DNA of 64,000 bases, taken from positions 1,488,001 through 1,552,000 of the forward strand of contig CM038999.1 of assembly GCA_017499595.2 (NCBI GenBank), given 5' to 3'. The stretch is from Psilocybe cubensis. Lineage: Eukaryota. This document shows positions 11,656-25,784 of this stretch, piece after piece; the first letter of the stretch is position 1; every line of letters begins with the position of its first letter. A program made the position numbers and the translations under genes. The notes beneath the pieces were generated by a model that was not told the origin of the DNA, did no database searches, and was given only the letters and a program-made list of their open reading frames with translations.

Positions 11656-14600
11656 GCGCTCACAGCTAATCTAAGACTCAGCGAGGGGCTCAAGCATTGG
11701 TCAAGCAAAAGGACCCTTTCCTGTTCACTGTAGCCCTTCCTTGCGCACATGACGCGAGCTTCGAGCGCCCGCCGGGAAAAAAATAACCTTCTTTTGTATA
11801 AAACACACATCATTATAAATCTACCTTGGTGATCAAGCGCTAGTTTTTTTTTTTTCTCGAATTGCGAATTGTTTCGTGTCCGCCCAAACGCTAAAAGCTC
11901 CGTACTAAAAATAGATGCCGCGACAGATGTAATGGATAGACAAAATTGAGTACTATAAATTAATGGATCATGTATGTATATGTACGTTTTTACGCATTGA
12001 TCGATGACCGGAATAATGCGGCAACTTAGAGCGCAAGGTCGCTTCTGGGACAAAGTATTGTCGAAATGAAGCTCTGACGCCAAAAAGCGCAAGGCTAATG
12101 AAAACGTAAGAAAAAAGTGTGCAAGGAATTAAAATACGGCCGAGCCGAAGGAAGTGACTTACGACAATGTCTCCAAGTAATTCATATCAAGCTTGGTAGG
12201 GACCAGACTCCGAGTCGGATGAAGCGTAGAACAAATAAGTCAGTAAGAATCTCCAATGGGACAGTCCCTAGTATAACCTCCGAAGTCATCCTTCATTTGA
12301 ATATAACGTTTACGATATACTAAGCTTAGTTCCAAGTCGTCAGACACATTATCATACAAGAACTAGAATTATTCTCTGAAGAGTATCGAATAATAAGAGA
12401 GCCGACCATCGTCGGTGCAAGTACATGATTAGTCGGCATCTCCTTGTGCTTCTCCGTCACATTGAGTGCATGCATTGCGTGCTCAGTGCATCTACCCAGC
12501 TAAGGCTACTCATATCCGAATAGATTTTTTCAGAGTAAAGAGACCGCCGAGTCTAGATGTTTCTCGACTCTTGAAAAGGTGTTTGCCCGTGCTGCCTTCC
12601 CACGGAACTATGCAGAAGCTACCAAGGCTCTGAGTAAAATTACTGTTGGCTTTCAAAAATAGTAATTGTGAATCCTTAAGAGTCCAAATGCTGGATTGAT
12701 TAATATTTGCGACAAGACTAATGAACATTGAGGGACGGCCAAAACAGATTACAGCGGCACCCACTCAAGCCGGCGCCACTGTCAAAACAAGCAGCGAAGT
12801 CTCTGCCATCAAGACTGCTTCCCGTTCCCATACACCTGAGACGTCGTCAATGCTTTGGTTTGTGATATGTCAGGGTCGCTCCGAAGGTGAATGTTCTCCT
12901 AAATCCAACGTGCATCAGATAGCGCCGTTTGACAGAAGTTCTAGCATCCCTCGCTGGTAGTTGCATGCTATTCCCTCCAGGAGAGCCGTGGCCCGCCGAT
13001 AGGTTCTTTTTGAAAGCTAGAGTAAGGCTTGAACGCGGTGTAATACTCTATAGTGTTAATTAATGATTAGCAGGTATAAAATTAGAGTGAGGATCGCGGA
13101 AGCATTTACAACGACCTACTCATAAAGTCGACGCATCAAGCACGACATTTCTTCAGAGAAAATATGACAACATAGACGTTGCTCAACTTTCAGAGCTTGA
13201 AGAAGTATGCATAGGGGGAAAATTGTCCCAGTAGTCGATGAAACGGCGCCTTGTTCCTTTATTCCATCTTTCCCAACATCAATGACTCGGACGTTAAAGA
13301 TAGACGCAGCTTGATCCATTCTAGATTACTATGAGGGTGTCAGCATCAAATTGGACACAGAATAGTGATTTCCAAATGCGTCGATCAAGAGAAATCCATC
13401 CATGGGATACATCATAGAGTTACCCACATCTCAAATTAGTATTAGTTCAGTGAATCTATCCCAGACAAGCCAATCACCTAAAATCGTACAACTCGAAGCC
13501 TTCGTGAGACACAGAACATCGCAAAGAACTCCTAGAGAAATCCTAACAAGCGGTTAGAATGTAGTCAAAACAGGCCGAAGTAGAAGGCAAGTATACCCGG
13601 AAGAAGGTGGAAAGATATATTACTCGTTGTAGGTCTCAAAGTACACTTGTGCATCGAGATTAGGAGGACCTCATGACGTTCATAATTGCTCTGAACACCC
13701 ACTACTCAGCCAAGGCACTAGTCAACAACTTGCGCTGCTTATGACAGATTGTGAATTACATACGCACAAGTAGTCACTTGCGAGAAACGACTCACCATGA
13801 AATGGTTAACCATTGAATACCGATAAATGAAGGAAACCAACACTTAAAATGAACGCTGTCTTTGTCGTAGTTGAGGATTTCGGAATGCTCCAAGAGTTTA
13901 GGTAGACCGTTTGCTGGTATTGGAATGCCCCACTGACAACCTGGTAGTCACGAGTGGAGTGAAATTTGACAAGCCTTGAGAAAGTTAAGACTTTTTTAAT
14001 AAGACTTTTGACATTCGGTTTGACAATCGAACTTTGGTATGCGATAACGATAACTCGTTGAAGATGCGCATGGAGATTCAGAGATTCCAATGAACTGCCA
14101 TGTATAATACAGAATCAAGCCATTACGTAGATAAGTCGAGTCTGAGAGGAACAAAATTCGTGAACATCGCACATTGATGTACTGTCAATGCCTAGAACCC
14201 AGTAGAGAATACTATATCCAGTGTTCGCAGTTTGAACGTATCACAAGTGGTGGAAGTGGGCAGAAAGAAGTTGCAGACAACATGTCCGACAATGGGATGA
14301 AAAAATATCACGGAATGGTTAACGAGGAATTCGTCAAGACATGTTTATTGAACAACCACCTTAAGAAGATATTCGCAGAGGTTCCCTGGAGCAAAATAGA
14401 TAAATCTTCGCTTTCGCAGCGAGAGCGCACCCATGAGTCCAGAAGATCGCGAACTGTTCCCACCGATTGTCGATAATGATAAACTGTGTTCCACAAGTTA
14501 ACTCTTTGCCAGTATTAAAGTCTTCAACGCAGTCAGAGTAAATTCAACCCTAATCACCCAGATGAGAATTTATCTCCTGTTTTGAATACAGTTTTGAGTC

Positions 14601-15875
14601 CAACTCGGAAGGGTTTCACTTTCAGAAGCCTCAACGATGCCCGAGGTACCGTGGGTGAGCGCTCGGACCAACACCAGAAGACATAGAAGCCTTTGAATCA
14701 CCCTCGTAAATGGATCCAAACACTCCCAGGGTGGCACAATATCCATAAAATCCTAGGTTAACCACAATCCGTGGCTGACGTCAATAGGGAGAGGGTAAAT
14801 TCAGGCCTGTGAATGTACACTGAAAAAGAAAGCGCTGCAGTCTATGGTTTCTGGGAAGAAGTAAGTGTAAGTGTTAAGAACCAATGAAAGGGATGTGAAA
14901 GAAATTGGGATGCCGGAGCGATGTGCTGGTCGGACGTGACAGAGCCGTGAAAAAACCTGGGGGATACGTTGGAGAAATGAACAAGTTTGAATCTCTTAAG
15001 CTTTGATTGCTATGTCGCCTTTGATTATCAAATTAGCTATAGATTATGTATGTATACTTACAGATAAGTAAAAGATTTATTAAATGCCCAAATGGAAATT
15101 ATGTCAAGTTGAGCGCCCAAGCTCAATCCTAAATCGGCTCCAGTTTGATCAGCAAGTGTAACTTAACCAAAACTTGCTCCTGCCTTGGCTACAAGCATCG
15201 GCTGATATGAGCTCCTTCTATCCGCAATAAACGGGCATCAATGAAGACTCCTAAATTGTCACTCCCGGTGCCCATCTCAGAGGCTCAACCAAGTCACTTC
15301 ACCATCACAGTTAAGTTTGATAGAAATGCGGAACACTGATAGTACACTACTGGTAAAATCTAGCTTCGTGTTTTCGATTTCAAGAATGGGAAGAGAGGTC
15401 AGATAAATTTTTCACATTTCAGGAATGAGCTGAAATCTAAAGATCCGATACAACAGGTTTAACTAGTCTTTGCCATCCTCAAGTATGAAGAACCCAATTT
15501 GCCAACTGAGAGCTCTTCCTTTCTTGCACCGACTTGTCGATTTCTTATTAAATTACATTAGGTTGTCAGATAGGAAAGGATGTATACATGGGCGTATGAC
15601 CCTAATTATCCTCGGCATACGCGTATCTCGAAGGCCTGAACACCGTGGATAGTGGTATTAGTAACAGGGTGTTGTATGCAATCAAAATGTGCCTTCTAAG
15701 TTCTTTCAATGATCATCTGGTAGCAGCTTGTGTACGTCGTTTTCCTTCGCCGGTACCGCTCTTGTTTAACTACCGTGAATTAGTGTGAAGGAGGATCAGA
15801 CACTGAACCAGGAGCACACCTTCTAGTAGTATTGCTACTCAAAATGCTTCGGTAACGAAAATGTTTTTTTGAAAG

Positions 15876-16260
15876 GCGGAGTACGCAAAGGCACCACAGA
15901 AGAGCTTCTTACCACGACTTCGTTGACATTATTGAAAATGCGGATATGCCATTGGAGCTAATTTCTCGGCGAAAGGCCTTCCGTGTATCACCTGTTGATC
16001 AAACGTTGCATTTCCTGCTGCAGTTGTTGCATGATTTCTCAGGTAATTACTCCATTTTGTATCTCAATGGCCTCACAATATTTAGATGATCCTTATACAG
16101 CGGAATCTAATCACGCTAGCTATAGGTATAAATGAATGGCACATTCACATTGAGACTAAATAAAAGCATGGTCTTCGATGATAAAACCACCCTGGCGGAA
16201 AAAGGCATTGGATAGCATTCACTTTCACCTACATTGAGTAGTACTCTTTGGAGCTAAGTT
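15876..16260 (+). pseudogene. Probable decayed gene with a ubiquitin-like domain
   Basis: Three phase-compatible exon-like blocks (15876-16042, 16086-16125, 16167-) give ...KAFRVSPVDQTLHFLLQLLHDFSDDP...MVFDDKTTLAEKGIG, then TAG at 16213-16215. Spacing resembles the ubiquitin fold. No intact start exon found. Confidence 0.35.
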
Positions 16261-17275
16261 TTACTCTCGAGCATCTATAAAGGAATCGCATTACTCTCGA
16301 CGCCACCAACCGACTTTAATCTCTTGAGCATCAGCCCTGAGGACAAGCTGAGGGAGAGAAAGAATAAAATAGTGCCCACAAAACGGCAATCTGGATCCCA
16401 TCTAGGGTCCCGGTTTAAGTACCTTCCTTAGACAAGGATAACGCGCTTTACTTACGTCCATATGCCAAGTATGGTACTCTTGAATTTCTCAACATCCTAG
16501 ACAGATGATTGCCCACAATTCGGTGAGTCCACCGTAGCCTCATTGACGAAGGCGCGTGCATCATACACCACGTTTAGTGGCTAACCATAAGCGTCCGAAG
16601 TTTGAATCAGACACTTAAGTCATAGAAATGAAGGGCATTGTTTTTTGAGAGAATTCAAAGATTCTAATCCTTTGCAACTCATTTCTAAAAGAAGGGGTGA
16701 ACCAGAAATGCAACTGACACGGATTTTCGAAAAAGAAATGCTTTCGATGAGCATCTCACTGGTCAAATAGATCTGATAGACAGCAAAATCTGGAGTAAGT
16801 ATCTGTCACTGTGCTTGCAATCATATTGAAGCTAATATGTGTGCTACTATCAGTAAAACAACCTGTTATAGAACCCTCAGTGGCTCAGTGCTGTGTGATT
16901 GACAAGTTTCTGAAGTTACCAAATGGAAGATAAAACACAAGCGATATCATACACTGATACACAGGTAAACGTCTATCTAAAGTGTGAGAGTTTCTTATGT
17001 GATGCGTACCGTTTTTGATTCCAATGCCATTAAAGAGTGGAGGGGGGATTACGAAGGAAAGCCTCAATGATCTTGTCATGATATAACAGACTCTCAGGGG
17101 ATGTTACCTATTTCCGGAAGATGATCGTGGGAATGGTACATAGTTGTTTTAGGCAGTTCATGGATGTCACGCCAAGGTCACTTCACTTCTCTTGCTTCTA
17201 CTGCCTATTTTCCAAACTCCCCTACACTCCTTCGGTATACTGTTACCCTTCAATTTCAGCTGTGCTTCGAAATAA

Positions 17276-18789
17276 ATGGAAATTTTGAAACGGCTACAGA
17301 AGAACCGAGACGCACTATTAGAACAATATCATACCAATCTCGAGGATATTTACAGCCTGCAAGACACATTGATTAGGGACATATTGCCTTCTGTCACCGA
17401 TGAGCTTGAGCTCAGTGTAGAGTCCCAGGAATGGGCAAAGGAATGGCTTTCCGATACTTGTACGTAAACTTTATCTTTCAAAACGCTTTCAATGTGTATC
17501 AACATTGCACTAAGCCTCCATGTTTCGTATTTCAAGGGTAAGGCCAGCTCCATCTTTGACCGGGAAATTGTTCGATCCAGTCCCTTTCAGCGCAACAAAT
17601 TCACGCGGTCATTCTCCTTGGAGGCAGTCCAGAAAACTTTGCTATGGCGCCTGGATAATTTATGGCCAATAGAACCTCCTAAATCGATCCCCAATCTTCA
17701 TTGCCTACCCGCCGATATCCGCGACCCCTTAGGCAGGCCTATCTTGGTCGTGGAAATGAGTGCAGTCGACGAGTCCCTGGATTCTCAGAAACGTTCTATA
17801 ATCCAGGCCTTCGAGCAACTTAGGTTACATTTAAGGAAGCTATACGACAGCTCTGATGACGATGCAAGGCCGCCGCTTCAGTATGTGGTTCTGCTTGACC
17901 TGAGCCAACTGTCCCTTCATAGCATAGTAAATGGAATCTACACGCTTTGGATAACTTTACTCTAACATATGATTCAGAACATTGATTTATTCACGTGGGC
18001 AGTACGTGAGGTGATACCACGTTTCTCTGGGCTGGTTGCAGCAGGTACGAAACCATTTATCATGCATTCCCCGTGTCAAATTAGAATATTTTTCCAACAG
18101 TCTTTATGCTTAATTACTCTTGGGCTCACGCTGGCCTCTGGAATGTTTTTAAGTATGTGTTAATATATTTTTGCACCGAAATAGGCAAGCTGACCGTTCC
18201 CGTTATCGTTATTGTTTTTAAGGCGTCTATTGCCAGAGAGTGCTTTATCTCGAGTTTTCTTTCCATCAAAGAATGAATTAGTAGAATACTTCTCTGAATC
18301 GGCATTGCCGCAAGGTAAGTAGAGGTAAAATTAGCACAGTTTATTCTATTCTGACACCGCACGACAGAGTATGGTGGAAATATGCCCACCTTGGCACAGA
18401 TGGAGGATCCAATGCGCCCTCATTTACCTATCCCAGAAACACGACCAAGCACCATACTACCGACGGCCGCTTTGCTCCCGGTATCCGAATCATCGTCGAT
18501 TTCTCCCTCATGGATTTCCCCAACCTCACTTTTAAATCCCTTCTTCGGGTACTCTGTATCAGCAACCTCGACGGATGGTTCCCGAACTTTTCGTCACGGT
18601 CGTCGACGAAAACGAGATCTTGCTCGGACATTACTGTCTCTTTTTTGGTTGCGCTGGCGGAAACATATCACCTTCGGCTTGTGCCTATCAATTGCCTTGG
18701 TCCTCCTAAGGATTAGCTTTCGTTCTCGCCAGGGTGGTATACAACTCCTACGACGGACTATTATGCCTCGATTCATCAATAAATGGTAG
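17276..18789 (+). CDS. CRAL-TRIO (Sec14-like) lipid-binding protein with C-terminal transmembrane segment
   Basis: Spliced product has KTLLWRL, DPLGRPILVV, QYVVLLDL, VFMLNYSWAHAGLWNVFK/RLLPESALSRVFFP, LPQ/EYGGN and a hydrophobic tail ITFGLCLSIALVLLRI. Confidence 0.85.
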
Positions 18790-18989
18790 TGAAGTTGCAG
18801 TACTTTTTTGTTTTTGGATTTGATCAAATTTGTTTCACTTATCCGTCGTGTATTTCAATGAAAGTGGTACTTACACCGCGGCATGCTGCATGTACACATA
18901 ACGGTGCCTATTTCTTTATTTCGGGCTTGGTGCCAGTAGCGTGCCGTGGGCTAATGTCATTATGGACGATGTTACACATTATTCATAAA

Positions 18990-20329
18990 TTACAAAAAAT
19001 ATTCCGGGAGCTGGTAAAGAAATTATTAAATAAGATTGGGGTCACGCTGCAGATAAAAATTTGTACCTTCCCTGCTGCATTTTGGGCAGCCTGTTGATTG
19101 GGTCCATCTCTGTCATTTTCAGGAGCAGCATCAAAGACGTTAAAGTACATCGAACCACCTGGGCCGACTTCAAGTATGCTCGCAGAGTTACCACAGCGGT
19201 AACAATAATTCGGAGCCGACCATACAGTCGAAAGGTGTTTGTCGAACAGTGAAGAATACCCTTCCATACAAAGCTGATGGGCACGAAGGATATGCGACAT
19301 GTTGTTTTGATCTAGAAACTTGTATACCACTCCAGATCCAAATGTATATCCAGCACCTCTGGTCTCCGGTCGTTAGTGCATTTTGCAAACGCTATGTGTG
19401 GTGATATACCTTGGAGAGATAGCAAAGTCCTCTTTCTCTGGATCTGGATCCGACCATACCAGGTCTGCCATTGGGCCTTCATGAGGAATTTCTGTAGGAA
19501 AAATTAAAAGGCGGATCAGACAGAAGCGAAGAGAACCAACGCAGTACCTCTAAATCTATCTACCACCTTAATTTGATCAATGGAATGTATCGAAGGCGAA
19601 AGGCCTGTCAAAAGTTGGTTAACTCAGCTTGTTGTTGGAGCTTTGCCGTATAATCCGACAAGACGCACCTCCATGAACACAAAATATCCGATCGTCAATA
19701 ACAACCGACAACGTCAGAAAATCGAACATGTCCGTGAAGTAAGTCCAGACATGAGAGGAACCATATTTCCGAACGCATTCCGTGTAGAATCCATACGTCT
19801 TTGAAGTCGATAAGAGAACAATGAAAGCTGCTCAGTACTAGGAACTGACTTGTGTGACTGCTCTCGATTCGTGGTTCCCCCTGATGAGTTGCACTCGATC
19901 TGGATACCGAAGCTTGAGACATGTTAATAGGGATATTGTTTCAACGCTGAATAAACCACGATCCACGTAGTCGCCTACGGAAATGTTAAAATGATTGTTC
20001 AACTTCGCAGGGATGAGGCCTCTGTCGCACCGAGAAACAGGTAATTTGTGTTCGGTGCGTATCCTCCTATACGAAATATCTCTATCAAGTCGTAGAATTG
20101 GCTTCAAAGGTGCATCTGCCATCAGCTTGTGTGGGCCCTATGCCATATCGCTCATGACTCACCCATGAATATCACCGACCACAGTCACCGGTGCGCTAAC
20201 ATGAACGACATTAGACTCGCGCATAAGGACCTCCTTTGTTTTCTCGCATATTTCTCGCAGTAGGACTTCGTGTAGTAGTTGTTTTCGTAGTAACTGCTGA
20301 ATACACGCGTCTAGATCAAAAGGAGCCAT
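18990..20329 (-). CDS. PPG1: PP2A-like Ser/Thr phosphatase catalytic subunit (Ppg1 type)
   Basis: [40 protein letters not shown] and [15 protein letters not shown]-terminal LPEYFL, stop at 18990-18992. Confidence 0.92.
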
Positions 20330-22125
20330 TTCTTGCGTCAATAGATTCAAGGGAATTCGAGTGATCGTTTGCTTGGTTAAGCTTGGCTACAGCTTCTGAC
20401 CCTTACTGACGGCGACCTCGATACGTTCAAAAGAAAACTCATTCTTCTTCTTCTATCCAGGAGCTTACTCAGTAACTCAAAGCTAACTCTGACGTGAATC
20501 CTCATAGGATAACCTCCATATAAATCTGTAGCTATTCTTCTTCAGGAATGCCGTCCTGTTTAATGAGATCGACCATCCGCGACATCCACCAATGTATCCT
20601 CAGGAGTGACTTCCGTTTGCTTCACAAGTGCTTCCTACTAGGCTTTCAAAAGGTCAGGAATTTTTACAAGAGCGGAGCTGGCTCAGATATTGGTCACAGC
20701 ACAAAGTGCCTGTCGCATTCCATCGCAAAAGTCCACACTAAAGATTGGCCCGTCAACACCTCTGATGTGATTTGAAAGTGTCATCGGCATCTAAGTATTC
20801 TGTGGGGTTGTCACGCATATTTTAAATATGACGAAGTGCCATGTCAAATGACCGGTGCAATTTTCAGGACAATATAGTGAGTTTAACGAGTTTTAACATG
20901 GCGTTCACCGATTAGAATGCTTTGATCTAGTTTGAACTAAACATCGAGAGTTAATACCTCCGAACATATCACATCGCCCCTTTAATTAACTTCATCAGTT
21001 CCTATCGCCGTGCTCAATCAATACAACTTGGCATTCCAATCTTACAGTATGCTTGCAAGTCTTTCAAAAACGTATGACGGTGAGCATGATCACCCGTGCT
21101 GCTTGTTGTAAAAAAGCTGACAGAGAACCAGTGGCGGTCGGTGGTATTCTATTGTTGATACGAACGAACACGTCGAACAACATGGCTATAGCAATGGCAT
21201 GCGTACAACACCCAGGAGAAGGTATAATAGAATCCTGTGTGCACCAAAGAATCGTAGGATCATTTTCGTTGGATACACTACCGTGGACCATGTCTCTTTT
21301 CAGACTGCAGATCCGAGTGTTATTTTAATGGGGTCTACATTTGAAATATTAACATTCCAAGCTCCGCGTTAATGCACCTGCCGCGAAATCCGGAAATCCT
21401 GAGAGGACTTTGCTGATACAGGTACGTGACTTTAAGTTGACGGTGTTGCAAAAGTGTCTTTTAGGTTTCTCTCTTATTCAGGCAGACCGGCCAGATAATT
21501 GACGTCAAAGGGAAAATTTACTGAGTGCGTGTGTAAACGCTGCATTTATGCACTCATCTATATCGCGTATCGATAGAGTTCAGTTTATGGCATATTTGAC
21601 ATCGTGTGCCTAACCTCTTTTGGTCACAGCTTTCTCGATAACTTCCATCTTCCCCTACCAAATCTGAAATTTTGGAAGGCACGCGCACATCTACAGATCT
21701 GCAGCTAAGCTTGGTTCCCCGAGCGAATTACTTCTCAAAAGGTTTTCGATGAATGATTTTCAAGGCGGCTAATCAGAAGATATCCTCAGTATTACCTGGA
21801 GCTGTTCGAAGGTGGGCATTCTGAGGCCGTAATGCGCAAAGCAGATAGCTAAGTGCGAAATAGTAGGCTGCCGTGGATAGCGGCCCTCATTCGTCCTTCG
21901 GGACACCAGGATCGAAACGATTTATGATCTAATTCGAACGCGGATTCTCCTTCCCCGATGACCCTATACTTAATTGCCAAGTTGACACCTGACGGTTCCG
22001 TCCTATTAAAGGACCAACCTTCCAGGCATCCCTCGGTCCAAATTTCCACCTGTAATACTCTCTGAGCGTACAAGCGCAAATCATCTTGTCATTGCTCACA
22101 TTCCCCCTATTTGACGCCGTTCACT

Positions 22126-23096
22126 ATGTACCAACGCGATCCACGTTCCTTCGCCTACGATGATCAAGGGGCAGCGTATTCGTCTGGTCATAACAGTGCG
22201 GATTATCCTCCGAATGGGTATCCTCATCCACAAAGCTCTGGACATTACTACGCGCCACCTGGTCATGGTGTAGGTGGCGCTCATGAAGGTCTGTTCGTTC
22301 CTTACTCCGTACGTTGTCGATCGTTGAATTCGTATGTAGGCGTCAATTCTGGTCCATACTTCCGTAGCATGACTCCATCTCTTGTCGCTGCAAATCGATA
22401 TCCTCGCGATCCAAGATATTATAACCAACAAGGCTTTGGAGGATCGTCTTCCTCAACTTCTCAGTCGCTATATGCTTCTCAAAATCAACCGTATCCTCCC
22501 CAATACCTTCCCACTTCCGACCAGAGGTCGGTTCCTCTTAGTCCGACGCCTAATCCACCTGCACATTTCATCCCTACTCCGTCGGAAATAGCCCACAATT
22601 ATTCCAGCTACTCACACCATTTAGTCACGCCTCATTCGCCTACAAGCCCAGAAGACCAATACCACTCCTCAGCCGATTATTCTTCGCCGCCACATATCGT
22701 TCCATCATCTCATGGAAGTCAAAGTCACCGGCTGTCTCGAATTGCGACTGGTCGTCCGCAATCGGTGTCTGCAGCCACCAGTACATCTCCTATTTCTGCA
22801 TCGTCACCCTCAGGCGAACGATTTCCTTGCGAGAAGTGTGGCAAAACTTTCTCGAGGTCCCACGACCGAAAGCGCCACCATGAAACTCAACATCTTGCTA
22901 GCCCAATACTCCACATATGTCCTTACTGTTCAAAAGAGTTTAGCAGGTAAGAACCCATGTTTCGGCAGTTGTTCACGATTCTTTATTCAAATACCTTTTT
23001 TAATCTTCTTCTCCTTCCTGCTCTTCTGTTTTTAGAAACGACTCGCTTAAAAGACACCTAGATAATGGGTGTGACGAAATGCATTCGCATTCGTAG
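22126..23096 (+). CDS. C2H2 zinc-finger transcription factor
   Basis: Ser/Pro/Tyr-rich N-terminus. Finger 1 is FPCEKCGKTFSRSHDRKRHHETQH. Finger 2 CPYCSKEFSR/NDSLKRHLDNGC spans intron 22947-23036. Probable in-frame 51-nt intron at 22289-22339. Confidence 0.88.
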
Positions 23097-24654
23097 ATTA
23101 CTCCTGCCATTGGTGCTTCGGGTGAGCATACGGTGTCTTGCCAATACTCGGTTCAACATTGACCTTGAATTCCTTCCCTAGACACTGACCCCTATGGTTG
23201 TCGTCCATCTGTTTATATACACATAACCACTTAATCGGCCGCCATATCAATCCATACCTTCTTGGTAGGCTGTTTTAGAAACCCAGTTCCGCGGAAGGTT
23301 AGAATTATTTGTCTTCGTAGACCAGATGACAAGTCTACCACTCATGGAGCTATCACATCTATCCGTTCAATAACATGAATCCCGAATAGCGTCCTTTCCA
23401 AAAATAGGTGAATGAAGCATGTAACGGCACATCGCGCTGAAATGCTTGACTAAATCTGAGATAACCAACACCTTGGAACGAAGAAATAATTGCCAATCTA
23501 CCCGATCTTGCATGTTCTTACGACAATCGCAAGACGATCATTCAGGGTTCGGATTCCCGGCCTATAGACTTGGAACTGGTGCTCGACTCGCGTCTTTGCC
23601 ACACTCTGTTTAGCGTTCCCGATACTTATGAAAGTAATCAAGTGAGAGACGATGCTCAGGCATTGGATTGGACAGGAGCTTTGCCGTAGAACTGAAAAGT
23701 GGTCCATGATTTAGCCTTCGTTCATCAACAAGATTCTCACGTCCGTTGATGTTAGTAATGGAGAAATGCACTTGCGTATGTACCTGTGGACTCAGTAGTC
23801 ACTCGGCGGTTTTCTTAATTATGTTAGTTTTAAGTGAGGGTGGGAGACCACTGAGTCGGGGCTGCTGGTCCAAAAATCGGTCGAGATGAGATAGGACCTT
23901 TAACAGCATTATTATATCTTTTTAGCCAAGACTGGTTGCTGGCAAAAAATGATGGGCAGAAAATGACATACGGATACCCGAATAAAATTCTGTGTAAACA
24001 AGGCTTATTTGCGATTCAACTCACAATGTATGACATCACACTTTGAACCGACTTGCGCGTCTTCATTAAAAATTTCATTGATGATGCAGCGAATTGATAA
24101 ATTAAATCTAGAGCGGTAAAGTTCTTACTGATCTTGACCAAGATTTCTACTCTGGACTACATCGTAGTGCGCAACTCCGAAGTTTGCCTAGAAAAGGTGT
24201 GGTTGCTGCCTTGAAACAACTTGAAACAACTAGTAACAATTTGGTATCTTTTTATTTTGAATCACCAGCACGAGTGTCATCTCTGTTAGCGATAGCCTGC
24301 AAATCCCTGCTGCCTTTTGACTGAACTGCCAGATCCCACACGGGGCTTGTTCGCGCAAGGATGGCCCTATTTCTTCAGAAACATTAGCTGTTTGCAAAGT
24401 CAAATATGCCCTCAAACAGAAAGAGATTTCCGGGTGCTCGGGTCGTTAAAACGAGGCAACCAGGACGTCCCTTTTAATACGACGATAAATCCTGCTTTAC
24501 AGTCACAGTTTGTTGCGTTGATAGTGGTGTAGCTGTGGGCGTGTGAATTGATAAGCAAATGTGCAGGCAACTTGCAAGAGAATTTCGACAAAGGTCAATA
24601 TCCCAACATATAGCGATGAATGGTAACGAATAGTACCTGTTAAACTGAAAATGT

Positions 24655-25784
24655 CTATTCCGATTCCGATTCTGAACCTGAACCTTCTGAACTGTTTCCT
24701 CCTGCAGTTTGCAACCCTTCAATCTGGACAGGTGCGTCGTTGTTGCCCAACTCTTCGTCCTCTTTGGCAGACTTTGCCTCTTTCTTCTTGTTGATTTTGT
24801 CGATGATCTTGTCGGCACGGTTGAAGATACCACCAGTGGGTGTGCCGCATGCAAGGCACTTGGGAGTTTTAGCGTACCGTTTTATGGCACATGCGGAACA
24901 ATAATAATGGCCACAGCGAGTAACGACTGGATCCGTGTAGTGCTTTCGACAGATGAGACAAGCAAATGGGACATCTTCATCAGAATCGTCGCTGTCAGAC
25001 TCATCTTCCACTTGCTTGCTAGCATTTTCAGCCAATTTATCGAGCTGCCATCCTGCAAGATCTGAACAAGAAAGTTAGATCATCTATTCGCTTGATTAGG
25101 GTTGGGAAGCACTCACACGTTCCACGGTCGTGAAGGAATTTACATGTGTCGCCGAAGCCACAATAACCAGTTTCTGTCAACGATGAAATGAATTAGCGGA
25201 ATTTTATACAAAGTTACTTTTAAATACGCACCTTTGTAATCCTTGCATACATCCGGTTGATAGTCAACGATCGTTACAGTTCGGATAGTACTTGTACTCC
25301 GCTGGGGACCAACGCGCATCGCTTTGGGGACCTCCGTGCTCTTTTTGATATGAGCTTTGTATGCACTTTGACCATGATACTGTCCATCATCTGGTATCTC
25401 ATCCTCCACACCCGCATCCGCTTTCTCCTTTCTACGCCTCTTCGCAAGCAGCTCCTCGGCCTCATCGCCAGCTAGGATTTCAAGAGCTGCATTTGTATGA
25501 GACCCTGCAGCGGTCCACTTGACATCTGGGCCGTCCTTTTCAGGAGCGTCTATATCGTCAAAGCCATCGCGTTGAGCAACCGTGCGCTTTGTCCCTGCAC
25601 TAAGCAAATTATTGGCCGTTTTCTTTGTTGGGAGTACGACCTCTGACTTGGAAGAGGACGGAGAGGCGAAAGCCGCTTGAGGTTTTGATGAATCTGGCGA
25701 AGCTGAACGCTTACGTGTCGTTGTAGGGCGGCCTTTTCCTTTTTTTTTGAAGAAAGGAACGTTCACAGCCTCAGCAGATGCCAT
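24655..25784 (-). CDS. CWC24: Pre-mRNA splicing factor Cwc24 / RNF113A (CCCH zinc finger + RING)
   Basis: IRTVTIVDYQPDVCKDYK/ETGYCGFGDTCKFLHDRG (CCCH finger) and VPFACLICRKHYTDPVVTRCGHYYCSACAIKRYAKTPKCLAC (RING). Confidence 0.95.

Noticed and set aside
10819-11775. Possible terminal inverted repeats or a tRNA-derived SINE head around the tandem duplication
   Set aside because: Only 7-8-nt matches, with no A box, cloverleaf or target-site duplication.
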